Part shown: one piece after another, positions 42,011 to 53,965 of the stretch
Layout of the letters: every line of letters begins with the position of its first letter
How positions within the stretch are numbered: the first letter of the stretch is position 1
Assembly: GCA_964016885.1 (NCBI GenBank)
Contig: OZ024742.1
Span: 77,996,001 to 78,060,000, forward strand
Reading direction: 5' to 3'
DNA from: Eledone cirrhosa
Taxonomy: Eukaryota
Length of the DNA stretch: 64,000 bases
Program-made: the position numbers and the translations under genes
The notes under the pieces: generated by a model
Told to the model about the DNA's origin: nothing
What the model saw: only the letters and a program-made list of their open reading frames with translations
The model's database searches: none

Positions 42011-42506
42011 TTCTTAGCTAACAAAGGTAGCTATATCCAAGAGAAATGTCTACCTTGTTAATCGAACTCGTAGAATCCGAAGCCAAATTGTCACACAATA
42101 TCGTTATAAAAATGATGGATACAAATAACAAGCATGTCCTCTCAATATTAATCCCTTGGAAAATGGAGGTGACATGCTCCGGAGCTCATCTTTTGATCGT
42201 CATGAACGCCCTATATTTTAGAATATGTAACGTTCGTTTCTAGATTCTATTGATATGGAGCTAATCACAACACTAGCTCATCCAACCCACTATTGTCTCG
42301 AGGACAGGTTGGCCTACAACCAGTACAAATAAACCAGCAACGACATGCTCAGTTTTCATCCAGGATTAATATTGAGAGGTCATGCTTGTTATTTGTATCC
42401 ATCATTTTTATAACGATATTGTGTGACAATTTGGCTTCGGATTCTATGAGTTCGATTAACAAGGTAGATATTTCTCTTGGATATATCTACCTTTGTTAGC
42501 TAAGAA
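42011..42506. mobile_element. Non-autonomous TIR element (MITE-like), about 150-bp terminal inverted repeats
   Basis: ttcttagctaacaaaggtag...aatattaatcc (42011-~42155) is inverted at ~42363-42506 around a 200-bp core. No convincing TSD. Confidence 0.8.
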
Positions 42507-44294
42507 TCGACTGAATTTAACAGAATTGAGATATCAAATTGCCAATAAATAACTGTTCTTCGAGCCTAAGTAAAAGATACCAATACAGGTTTTTCTACGT
42601 GTGCCATGCTCACAAAATTTCATAATCAACTGAACTGAATAATAATATTTTCTCATAAATTTGAAAAAGAATGCCAATTTTGAACTCAGATGAATGAAAT
42701 GAAATGTAGCATTCGTTTTACTGATTCTACTACAATCCCACTCCCTTTTGAAACGAATAAAGATAATAATTACAAACTATAACTTTCACATTAAACTTTT
42801 CCCAACGATATCATCATACACATCGAACGTTTGAATTATTAAAGGGGAAATCACTATGATTTTGATACCTAAAACAATAGGAATAGGTTAACATTCACAA
42901 GAGGTAAATTTGATCTTTGTTAACATAAAAATAAAGAAACTCTCGTTATTGGCCATTCACAGAAACCAAGCTATCCTGTGGTTGCATCTTGACATTAGAT
43001 TCACCATTGTTTCAAGATCAATTGTGTGGTAAAACAATTAAAACATATTAAAAGATTGCAGTTGTTTTTTGTTTGATTTTGTGTTTTTTTGTTTGCTCTT
43101 TCCTTTTTATAATAATATAAATGTTTCTCAGGAAAATACAAAAACCAACAACCACTAATAATAAGGTTGTTGTTAAAAATGAAACAACACACTTCAGTCT
43201 TTTTTTAAACTATATATTTTTGTCCGAGAATTGTTACCATATTGATTTGGCATTGTACATTCAGTTGTTTTGCTTAGCAACTGTTATGGGGGTTGATGAT
43301 GAATGATAACGTCTTTTAAATTGCCAATCTATGATCTAAATTTTTACTAAAATAGAATTTGTTTGTTACTATGATTTGGTTTTTCGTTTTCCCCAAACAA
43401 AGAAATGAGAAATAATCTATCAGCTGAATGAGTCTGAAGAAACAAATGTCTAAATATCTTTTCTCTAGATACAACACTGATTTAGTAAGAGTGGAAATAT
43501 AGAATATAGTCGATTGAAAAGCTTTTAGTAATTTACTTGCTTTTACATTATTAACTACGGAAGTCAGTGAAATTTAAACTAAAAAATGGTAGAAAGGAAA
43601 ATTATGTTTACAAAGAAAGTAAATGTGTGTGCCATGATATGAAGGGAATTGAAACCTTTCAAGGAAAGTCGTTCATTAAATAATTTTGTTTCTTTTGACG
43701 ACATGCGAATTAATATGATTTAGAAATATTTGTTGAGCTAGCTTTTAATCTATTCTAAATCTAGTTCTTGTTGTTGCTGTTGATTAGGATAAATTCTTCC
43801 CTTAGATCATCCGTACTTATGTTGTGTATATATATGAGCGTGTGTTCATTTTATCCAATCGATTGCAACAGTGAGCATTCAGCTAATGGTAAACACGTTT
43901 TATGAAGGGATTTTAAACCGAGCCACAAATTATGTTTACAAAAGCAACATTGGAGTTCAGAATACAAAGTACTTGGATTTTAATATTAAACTACCTTTCT
44001 ATTGAATAATAGCGACAGATTTAATTTAATCTAATTCTAATTTCAGTTTCACTTTCAGCTATGTACATAATTCGTTATTTGTACACTTAATTTACAATAT
44101 GAATATATTATGTGTTATCTCTAACATCATATCATTTTCTTTGGTATTATTGGCATTTTCTGGTGTGTTAAACCATCGACAGATCACATGTGGCCATCTG
44201 AGTAACGTGCAAGTAGTATAGATGTTTCTATATTTTGAGTGCTTGGAATTAATTAATTAATTAATTAATTAATTTACCCACTCTTCATTATTTG

Positions 44295-44485
44295 AATGGT
44301 GGATTGGCAGTTTCGGGAGAGGGTTGGACACCATGCTTTGCAGCACAGTTACGTCCCTTTACGGACTGAGTTCAAAACCCGCCGAGGTTAACTTTGCCTT
44401 TCATCCTTAAGGGGTCGATAAAATAAAGTACCAATAATACACTGGGATAATTGTTGGCCTTGTGCCAAAAGTAGAAACAATTATT
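44295..44485 (+). mobile_element. tRNA-derived SINE
   Basis: Same family as 23535 (gagttcaaaacccgccgaggttaactttgcctttcatcc...ggggtcgataaaataaagtacc). Confidence 0.85.
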
Positions 44486-44787
44486 TGAATATACTCGGTT
44501 ACTGGTAACATATTTCTTTGGACTTTGCAGGAATGAGAACTGGTACGTCAGTCGATGATAGAGTGCACAACATTTTCGCAAACAATACAAATGCATATAT
44601 ATGCACAAAATAGTTAGATTATCTCTTAATGACTCAATAATTTACTTTCGAGAATCTTAGGATTATAATTAACCCCCTCTGTACACTATCGACATATTAA
44701 TGCATATATTTCTTCACAATTTATCTGCTCTTATTTTATTCTTTCTAATTCTTAATTTATTTAATATAAAACAATTATTATTTATAG

Positions 44788-44963
44788 GGCAGTGGATTGG
44801 CAGTATCGGTAGAAGGTCGGACGCCATGCTTTCCAGCATAGTTACGTCCCTTTACGATCTGAGTTCAAATCCCGAGGTTGACTTTGCCTTTCATCCTTAC
44901 GGGGTCGATAAAATAAAGTACCAGTAATGCACTGGTAATTTGCTGGCCTTGTGCCTAAAGTAG
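44788..44963 (+). mobile_element. tRNA-derived SINE with up to 19-bp TSD
   Basis: Flanked by aaacaattattatttatag at 44769 and 44964; part of this may be SINE tail. Confidence 0.88.
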
Positions 44964-45125
44964 AAACAATTATTATTTATAGTTTTTTATAATTCCTTGC
45001 AATCGTTATAATTTCTATAATTTTTGTTTGTCTTCTTATTTCTGTAATCTTTATAATTTTTTCGTAACTGTTTATAAATTTTCAGTTTTATTATTTTTCA
45101 CAATTTATATAGTCTCGTACGTCTT

Positions 45126-45712
45126 TATAGCGACTTAAGCCTTTAAGTCCTCACCGTCACGCTACGTTGGTTTTCGGCCAATGTCTACTGACACAGACTT
45201 TAAAAGCCCCTGACTTTGGTTGTGACTAATTGAAGAAAGGTAGTAATAGCTACAAGCTGTGGGCTAGATTATTTATCACTTTAGAAAGGGACAACTGACG
45301 CTGCACGCCAGTTCCGAACGCAGAAGCGCCGAACTCCCACTGACATCACCCCCATCTCTCTCTCCTTCCCCATCTTTCTTGCCTTCCCCATCTCTCTATA
45401 TTATGAGCAAATGGGGTCCCATCTGCTGGCTGCCCCATGGCCCCGGTGGACAGAATGGAGAAGGCGTTTCCCCGGAGGATATAAGGGAGATGCGCTAGAA
45501 GAGCCATTCCATCTGGCGAGGCTCACACCTGCGGCTAGCCAGCTCAGTGCCTATGGTGGTAAATAGGGAGAAAGCCCTATGGCCTGTATTAGTCGCATTG
45601 TGACTAATGAATGGTATAGTCTCTGAACAATAAAGTTACTAGCACCATCAAATAACCCGCACCCCTCCAATCACAATGCCTGTGTGACATTCCGGGCTGG
45701 TTTGCCGCTACA
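45126..45712 (+). mobile_element. Probable solo LTR
   Basis: GC-richer block bounded by T(A)TAGCG...CGCTACA short inverted ends, with TATA-like gatataag near 45478 and AATAAA near 45629. No matching TSD seen. Confidence 0.6.
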
Positions 45713-45733
45713 TGTGATGTTTTAAATAATAAT

Positions 45734-45902
45734 TGTTTCTACTTTAGGCACAAGGCCAGCAATTACCCAGTGCATTACTGGTACTTTATTTTATCGACCC
45801 CGTAAGGATGAAAGGCAAAGTCGACCTCAGCGGGATTTGAACTCAGATCGTAAAGGGACGTAACAATGCTGGAAAGCATGGCGTCCGACTCTCTACCGAT
45901 AC
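45734..45902 (-). mobile_element. tRNA-derived SINE, 5'-truncated, 19-bp TSD
   Basis: TSD tgatgttttaaataataat at 45715-45733 and 45903-45921. Confidence 0.88.
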
Positions 45903-47122
45903 TGATGTTTTAAATAATAATGTTGCAAATTTCTATATATACTCCGCAAATTGTTACATTTGGAACCTGAGGATTTACCAAATGAAATAATTCGACCGTT
46001 TAGTACAACACTACTGTATGCGGCTTCAGATACTTGTTACATAAACAAATTCATTGATTATACTAACGAAAACTGAATAATACTGTAATTATTATGAGAT
46101 GTATTATAACTATGAGATATTCTTACAGAAATATTCCACATAAGAGCATCAAAGAAGTACTCACAAAAGAATTACGAACCTTTATCTGAAAAAATATATT
46201 TCAGAAAAATAATTTTTATAAAAACAAAACCGAAAACTATCGTAAAGAAAATTCATTTTACACAAAAATCTTCCAACACTAGAAACTTCACTGAAGAAAG
46301 TAAAACAACTCTCAAGAAAAAACGATGTCAAAGTAAAATATATTGGAACGATTTCGTTAAAAATGATAAAGAAGGTCAAATTGGAAGGAATGTTTTATAA
46401 AGTAAAACAGAGAATGTCAGAATATTTAATATTTAAAGATAGACAGGATTTGTTTTGGAGGCATGACTTTCTGTACTAACTGTTGTTTTTCAGACGAAGG
46501 AAAAATAACAAGCAACTTTAGATTTTTTTTCGTTTTTATGCTTTTTTCTTTGTAGGTTTTTTTAAAATCTAATTTCACGAGGGTGGGTGTCAAATATGTT
46601 TAATATATTCGGAAACATTGGTGCTGTTAGCAGCTCTTTGTTCCTCACATATTGCCTGATTTAGCTGCGTACGTTTTTCTTGCTTGTGTATTCCATTTAG
46701 GTGACACCCATTTGTTTTGTGTAGCATCTTATTTGGAATGTTAATAATCTTCCACTTGTCATTTAATAAAACTCACTTACATTACACAAACCCAGAAATT
46801 TGTGGAGAGTGAACAATCAATTGCATTGGCCACGTTATTCAAAGGGTGCTTTACTTTATCATCCTCGGAGTATATTATATTTTTTTCATTTTGTTAATAT
46901 TTATAATAAACCATAAATATCGTTCATATTTAAAGGTCAATTGTTTATATTGTTAGACTATATTGGGGAAACTGAACAGTCATTGGCATTTAGTTAATTA
47001 CAACGAGAAGTTTAATCCTTCTAAAATTGAATAACGTTAGAAAGTATTAACTAAAATTAATTCGATCTACTATACACTATAAGGTCGTATATGGATACAT
47101 ATGCAACACCTTTATACATAAT

Positions 47123-47305
47123 TGTTTCTACTTTTGTCACAAGACCAGCAATTACCCAGTACATTACTGGTACTTTATTTTATCGACCCCGTAAGGATGA
47201 AAGGCAAAGTTAACCTCGGCGGGATTTGAACTCAGATCGTAAAGAGACGTAAGTCTTTTCGTCAAAGCATGGCGTCCGACCCTCTACTGATACTGCCAAT
47301 CCATC
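47123..47305 (-). mobile_element. tRNA-derived SINE, 16-bp TSD
   Basis: TSD cacctttatacataat at 47107-47122 and 47306-47321. Confidence 0.88.
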
Positions 47306-49376
47306 CACCTTTATACATAATAAACATACACGTTGTCTATATGTGAGAATTTTAAGTTGTGATCATATCACAACGACATCAACCTCGGTTAACGCTCAGT
47401 GAGTACATGTAAATATGTGAGAGCTCACGAAAGGTAATACCTCTGAAATACGTGTACAGACCGCTCTTACTATGATACTGTGGTAACGACCATATGATCA
47501 CCACTTACAATACTTACATAGAACTAAATATATGTTAATTACATAGGTACATGGTGCATATGATCTATGTACGCCTTTATTCTGAATGTTAATAATATTG
47601 TCAATTAAAACGGGCCCTGTGCTAACGTAATACATCTATGCCGACTGCCAAGTCACACAGTAATGTAAAAAATCAATAAATATACATACATATTTTTCTA
47701 TACATACTGTATATACACACAAACACGCACATAAAAGTACGCATTAAAACAGAAAGGAATAAAAGTGTGAATAAACCATACACAATATGCTTATATATAA
47801 TAAACATAGTCGCGCTATATGTTCAGCTTTAACATGCTCACAGGTTAAATATTCTCTCAACGAGACGGAAGTTATGTTTATTCTATGTACACATATTGTA
47901 TATGGGTGCATATATTCCTTTATTCTGAATAAATATTACACTTGCATGTTCATATGTAAGAAATTATAACTCACACACATACAAGATCCGGCATATAGCC
48001 AAATCGTTCACAGAATTGGTTAACGATCATGAATAGAAAACCTCTGCAAATCCAAATGCTGAAAGATCAGTTGATGTGCAAAAATTGAAATATATCGTGA
48101 CTTGGCAATAATGCTTCAAGAGCCTTCAAGTCTACGTCAGTGTTCATTTATCATTCACATGTACCACGAGCAATGAGGGAAATATTAGAAATTCATCTGC
48201 TTATGATTTGAATAGCAAACAAAAAGGCATGGATGAGAAAAGAAATATTCACTCAATGTTATATATTTTACTGTTGTCTAACAGAAATGGATGTATATTG
48301 CACACAATGTATATTAATGTGATGTTAGAGTTTGCAAATACTTGAGGTCTCACCTAAAATATCGAAACAGTTCAAATCCTTAATAATTTCAAAGTTTACC
48401 TCGCAATAGATTCCACTTTCTAATTCCAACGCATAAATCAGAGTGTAATTTATAATATTACTTATAATTTATAATATACCTTATATTACTTATAATTTAT
48501 AATATACCTTACTACCTGTATCGCTCTCTCAACCAGTATGTTGAACAAAAGAAATTGTTAATATAAACACTCCATTAGAAACCATTGTTTAATCTATGGT
48601 AAAAAGAAGGACGTTAATAATATGAAATGGACGTGTGATAAAATAGCCTACAACTACATGGAAAGACATTGAAAGAAACCATGTAAAAACGTCTTGAAAT
48701 TAGATGAATAAATAGAAATGACAGACATCAATATGTTGAGCTAGTCAAAAGAGGGTATGCTAAATCCCAATGCGGTAGATCTGGTGGAGTTAAAAGAGTG
48801 TCATATTAAAATAATTATCTGTTAAAGAGATACCGACCTTAACTTAGCAGTGAATTCAAAAGAAGCAGTGAGGCAAAATTAGCTTTGTTTTCTTTGTTTA
48901 TTTCTTAGAGATAAGAGCTTCTTTTGTCCTATTTCTCATTTATTTTCAACGGAATTACTGGCGTGAAGACCTGTGCCTTCCTGATTAAAGTTGATAAATT
49001 CACTTAACACATTATTTCATTATACAATTAGATCTTAATCGATTAAACACGTTTTCCAATTTTATCATAACTGTAAAACACAATGTGTGAGGTTATAAAA
49101 ATAAATTTAGTGATCGGAGTGTGCAACTGGGAGATTCTGCATTTGTCGATAATATGGTTGTATCATTTTAATTTCTGTCCATATTATTGTCACAAAACTT
49201 CAAACTGGTGCATCAATTTATGATGTATTAAAAGGACATAGTATCACTGCATTTCCTTTACTACGGCTTTAGAAAAGTTTAAAGTCCTAACCGCATTATC
49301 ACTGCACGGTTTGACATTTGTAAAATGATTCGTGGAGATCACATAAGGTTTGGTTATATACATATACACACACACG

Positions 49377-49417
<41 letters not shown>

Positions 49418-49427
49418 CCAGTATATG

Positions 49428-49476
<49 letters not shown>

Positions 49477-49648
49477 ATATATATATATATATATATTGTT
49501 ATACTTTGGGAGGGTCATGTTGCCAATAAGAAACACACGCACCTGTTGCTTTCACTTCAATTTATTATAATAAATTTATAATAAATTTATAAATTTATAA
49601 ATTTCTGGTTGGTTGGTTGGTTCCACAATCAGATAGTTGTTTATATAT

Positions 49649-49693
49649 AGTCATAGTTCTTTCGTCACACACTCTGTGACCTCTTCAGTGACT
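49649..49693 (-). ncRNA. Minimal type I hammerhead ribozyme (left pLTR arm)
   Basis: Minus strand agtca-CTGAAGA-g-gtcac agagtgt gtgac-GAAA-gaac-TA-tgact. Confidence 0.85.
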
Positions 49694-50703
49694 GGGGATT
49701 CCTTTCTTTGTTTCTGTGCCTCTCCTTTGTTCTGTCCTACGCCATTTTGTTTCTGTGTGTGTGGTGTGTGCTCAGTCTGCGCATGCGCCACATCCGGGTG
49801 CCTGTGTGTGTTTATGTTCATTTATTTATTTGTTTATTTACATGTTACTGGTTGGTTGTTTGTTCTATTTGTGTGTTTTCATTTTGTCCTTAATTGTAAG
49901 TTGTGATGTTGCTGTTCCACTCATATTTTCTATTTAATTTTGGTTGTAATTCTTTTATGTTTATTGCCTCTGTAATTTGTCTAAACATTGCGTCTTTTCT
50001 GTGTGTAGATTCTATTTTTATTTCTATGTTCTCTAATTTACCCTTGTGTTCTGTTTTAGCATGTTGGTAGAGTACAGATGATTCTTTACTATCTTGAAGG
50101 TTTCGCCAGTGTTCATTTATCCGTTCCCCTACACTACGAGCTGTCTCACCTATGTACACTATATTTTTGTCTCTACATTGTCCTTCAGTACATCTTATGC
50201 TATACACTACATTTCTAGTTTTACAGTTAATATTGGGGCTTATTTTACAGGTTATACATTTCTTATCTATACATGAGGGTCTTTGGAGAGGGTATGTCTT
50301 GCTAATAAGTGTTTTTACGGAGGTACCTGGTCTTTCTACTATCTTAATATTGAGTTTATGTTTATTTAGGGCCCTTCTAAATTTGTAAGCTAATTCACCT
50401 CTAGGGGTTGTATCGATGAACATTACACTCTGGTAATTATTACAACCAAAATTAAATAGAAAATATGAGTGGAACAGCAACATCACAACTTACAATTAAG
50501 GACAAAATGAAAACACACACACACATAGAACAAACAACCAGCCAGTAACATGTAAATAAACAAATAAATAAATAAATGAACATAAACACACACAGACACC
50601 CAGATGTGGCGCATGCGCAGACTGAGCACACAATACACACACAGAAACAAAATGGCGTAGGACAGAACAAAGGAGAGGCACAGAAACAGAGAAAGGAATC
50701 CCC

Positions 50704-50748
50704 AGTCACTGAAGAGGTCACAGAGTGGGTGACGAAAGGACTATGACT
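50704..50748 (+). ncRNA. Minimal type I hammerhead ribozyme (right pLTR arm)
   Basis: agtca-CTGAAGA-g-gtcac agagtgg gtgac-GAAA-ggac-TA-tgact. Stem III is very short, as in PLE HHRs that act as dimers. Confidence 0.85.
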
Positions 50749-50989
50749 ATATATAAACAACTATCTGGTTGTGGGACCTACCAACCAACCAGAAATTTAT
50801 AAATTTATAAATTTATTATAAATTTATTATAATAAATTGAAGTGAAAGCAACAGGTGCGTGTGTTTCTTATTGGCAACATGACCCTCCCAAAGTATAACA
50901 ATATCGGTTTCAACACACGATTTCAGATAAAGAATCTTGCTAAACAAATTCAGAAACGAAATATAATATATATATATATATAGGAATAA

Positions 50990-53965
50990 TAATAAATTTG
51001 AAGACTAAAATCCAAAGAGGGCTCGATAAGGATAAATATATATCAAATATATAAGAACCGTAGAGCAAATATTTATTAAAATAACAAATTAAAGTTTAAG
51101 CAAAGAATCGCTGCTTTCACCCTTAACGGGTCAATCTGTAAACGCAAAAGTGGATATTTCAAAAACCGTTGCAACCGGAGGAAGACAGGAAGACGATATT
51201 TTGGTTCGTGGTAACGTTCTCTGGCAAAGAACAGGAAAAAACGAATATAATACGTCATTAATAGGAGCGGTGAAAAACAATTACAGAACCACGTTTATGG
51301 TATAAAAGAAGTCGTAGACTAATGTTCTCTTAGGTGGTTCATAGAGACGTTCTCTGGCAATGAACAGAAAAAACGAAGATAATACGTCATATGTGGAGCG
51401 TGGAGGACAATTGCACGAAAAGACAAAACACGTAAATGGTATAGCTGAAGTCGTAGACTAAAATTCTAACTAGGAAACCGAATGAATCTCCGCTTGAGAG
51501 TTAAGAATAAAGTAAAAAATACAATACAGAGGTAATAGAAATTAAATAAATACATACACGCATTCAAAAACGTACATACACAAGCATACGCGAAAACACT
51601 TGCCATAGGTATACAAAACCACGCACATATAAATATGTGTGTGTGTGTGTGCGTGTATACAAATAAATAAATAATTAAATAAACGTATATAAATAAATAA
51701 ATACGTACATAACAGGCGCACAAGCATACCTACATGTAAATACACAAATGTTCTGAGACGCACGTCAACCAAAACATGACTACACATATACACACACCTT
51801 ACATACGTACGAACCTGCATACTCACACAGACGCAAAACTCCCGTATACACATAACCAAACCAAATGTACCAGAAATAAAATTATACGCCATAACATATA
51901 CAATCAAATATACGTACGAGAAAGTATACGTACTTTCACAAAACATACAGGTAATATATACTTACCTAAGCGAATAAGTAATGGTATAAACAAAACATAT
52001 ACTTAGCTACCGCATCAAGCCGTAAATTATCCACGTATAGATCGTACTATCCGTTAGGGTATAACGTGGGGCTGTAATACAGGAAAGTTTGGTGCAATTT
52101 ATGTTTACAAGCCGAAATTGCCTCAGATTTTTTGTTTAAGATGTGGTCTGTGGCGTAGAGTATTTCCAGGGCCTCAGCGGCGCAGAGGTCACATGGTCTT
52201 TTATTTCCGTTATACGATCTAGCCCTAGCTAGGATCTCCCAGTGTACCTTATATTGGGTGTGGTTGTCTTTTAGACTCCAGATATAAGCTGAAAGTGACG
52301 TCATATTCATTCTTAGAGGGTAACGAAAAGAATGGGTATGCATGTAAAGACGCTGCTTGAATCTATTGGCGGTTAACCCTATGTAGGCACTACGGGACGT
52401 GGGTGTTTCAACCTTACATTTGTAGACAATGTTACTAGAGAGGCATTTCCCGGATAGGGGGCAATCAACCCGATTCCTACAATTACAGTTAGTACTACCT
52501 ACAGGGTTGCACGTGTTCTTACGGCTAGGTAGTTTAGCTAAATTTGAAGCTGTGATGTTATGTGCAAGGTTAGGAGTCGTAGAGTAAGAAATGTTAATAG
52601 TATTTCTCTTAAAAATTTTACTATATCTATGTGTAGGGGGAAAATGCTTCGTAAAAAGGGAAAGAAAGATCTTAGCTAAAGGTGTAGCCACCTCCATATT
52701 ATATGGTGGGTTATACCAACAAATGCGACGGGGTCTATTTCTTCTAGGTCTATTTTCGTACTCTGTATATGCTACCTTATCGACAAATCCACTCCGAGCA
52801 AGAGCTTCATTGTAATCAGTGGAATGGTCCTTGAAAATATGCTCGTTAGTAGATAGACGGGAAAGCATCAACGAGACGTTTCTTACCAGGTTCTTGGTTA
52901 TGCTGGCAGGATGGTTGGAATGCTTACTTATCTAATTCGGCGTTCTATACGGGTTATACAACCCATTCGATGAATTGAGGGTAACGTCGAGGTAATTAAC
53001 GACCGAGAGATTGGCCTCAACCTGTATAGAGAGGTTGAAGCCTTTAAAGAAGGCTGTGAGTTCTTTTCTGAACCTGTCGCAAGCACGAGGTCCGCACTTA
53101 GTCATGGTCAAAAGACCATCATCACGGTACAAGCCACCGCCCGCGTTGGGGAATTCGTCCTTGATAGAGAAAAGAAGGAAAAGGCCGATAAGATCAGTCA
53201 CCTCCGCAGAATCGCTGGCGTCCATACTCACGTCGAATGGGGTACTATTGGATTTTTTAATCCAAATAGAGTCGTCGAAATTAATCACCGACTTACGGGC
53301 ATTGAGGATGACATCAACTTCGAAATCCTTAACCACTGTGAGCGTTTTAGCGAAATTGATAGCTCTAAGGAGAAGTGGTAAAGTGATGGAGGATTAGTAA
53401 TTGTTGATGTCGAATTGGATAAAACGGCAATGTTCCTTGTTGCATATGCCGTTGAACCAATCAATAACGCGAAAGAATTGTTCCACAGTGCAAGAGGGGC
53501 TAAAATTCTAACTAGGAAACCGAATGATTCTCCGCTTCAGAGTTAAGAATAAAGTAAATCAAATACAATACAGAGGTAATTGAAATTAAATAAATACATA
53601 CACGCATCCAAATAGGGTCATACACAAGCATACGCGAAAACACTCGCCATAGGTATACAAAACCACGCACATATAAATATGTGTGTGTGTGTGTGTGTGT
53701 GTGTGAGTGTATACAAATAAATAAGGAATTAAATAAACTTATATAAATAAATGAATACGTATATAACAAGTGCAAACACATACCTACATGTAAATACACA
53801 AAAGTTCCAAGACGTACATCAACCAAAAAATGAAGTAGACATATACACACACACACGTACGAACCCGCATACTCAGACAGACGCAAAACTCCCGTATACA
53901 CTTAACCAAAATATATAAAAATATATACCAGAATATATAAAAATATACGCCATAACATATACATA
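50990..53965 (-). mobile_element. Naiad-type PLE in partial-tandem arrangement (direct pLTR segments)
   Basis: RT and GIY-YIG at 53490-52047. Segment 51461-~51900 is repeated directly at 53503-~53960. A roughly 135-bp internal duplication lies at 51213/51347. Confidence 0.92.
52047..53490 (-). pseudogene. PLE reverse transcriptase + CxCx5C linker + GIY-YIG endonuclease, 5'-truncated with stops
   Basis: FIQFDINNY*, PFDVSMDASDSAEVTDLIG, GLYRDDGL, VNYLDVTLN, SNHP, CNCRNRVDCPLSGKC, IVYKC...YIGLT, CDLC...E, LNKKSE...CKH. Confidence 0.92.

Larger units (their letters stand above)
49496..50960 (-). mobile_element. Penelope-like element, 5'-truncated, with inverted pLTR (about 450-bp arms)
   Basis: GIY-YIG ORF remnant at 49890-50440 (NVVYSIRC...YIGETARSVGERINEH). 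49496-49948 is inverted at 50440-50903. Inserted in (TA)n. Confidence 0.92.

Noticed and set aside
51095-51150. Possible HHR in Naiad pLTR (minus strand cagattga ccc gttaa gggt gaaa)
   Set aside because: The core is mutated and no stem I or stem III can be formed.
52047-52871. Selenoprotein-type Naiad (in-frame UGA at conserved Cys, SECIS)
   Set aside because: Conserved Cys positions here and in the other Naiad fragments are not TGA, and no convincing SECIS was seen.
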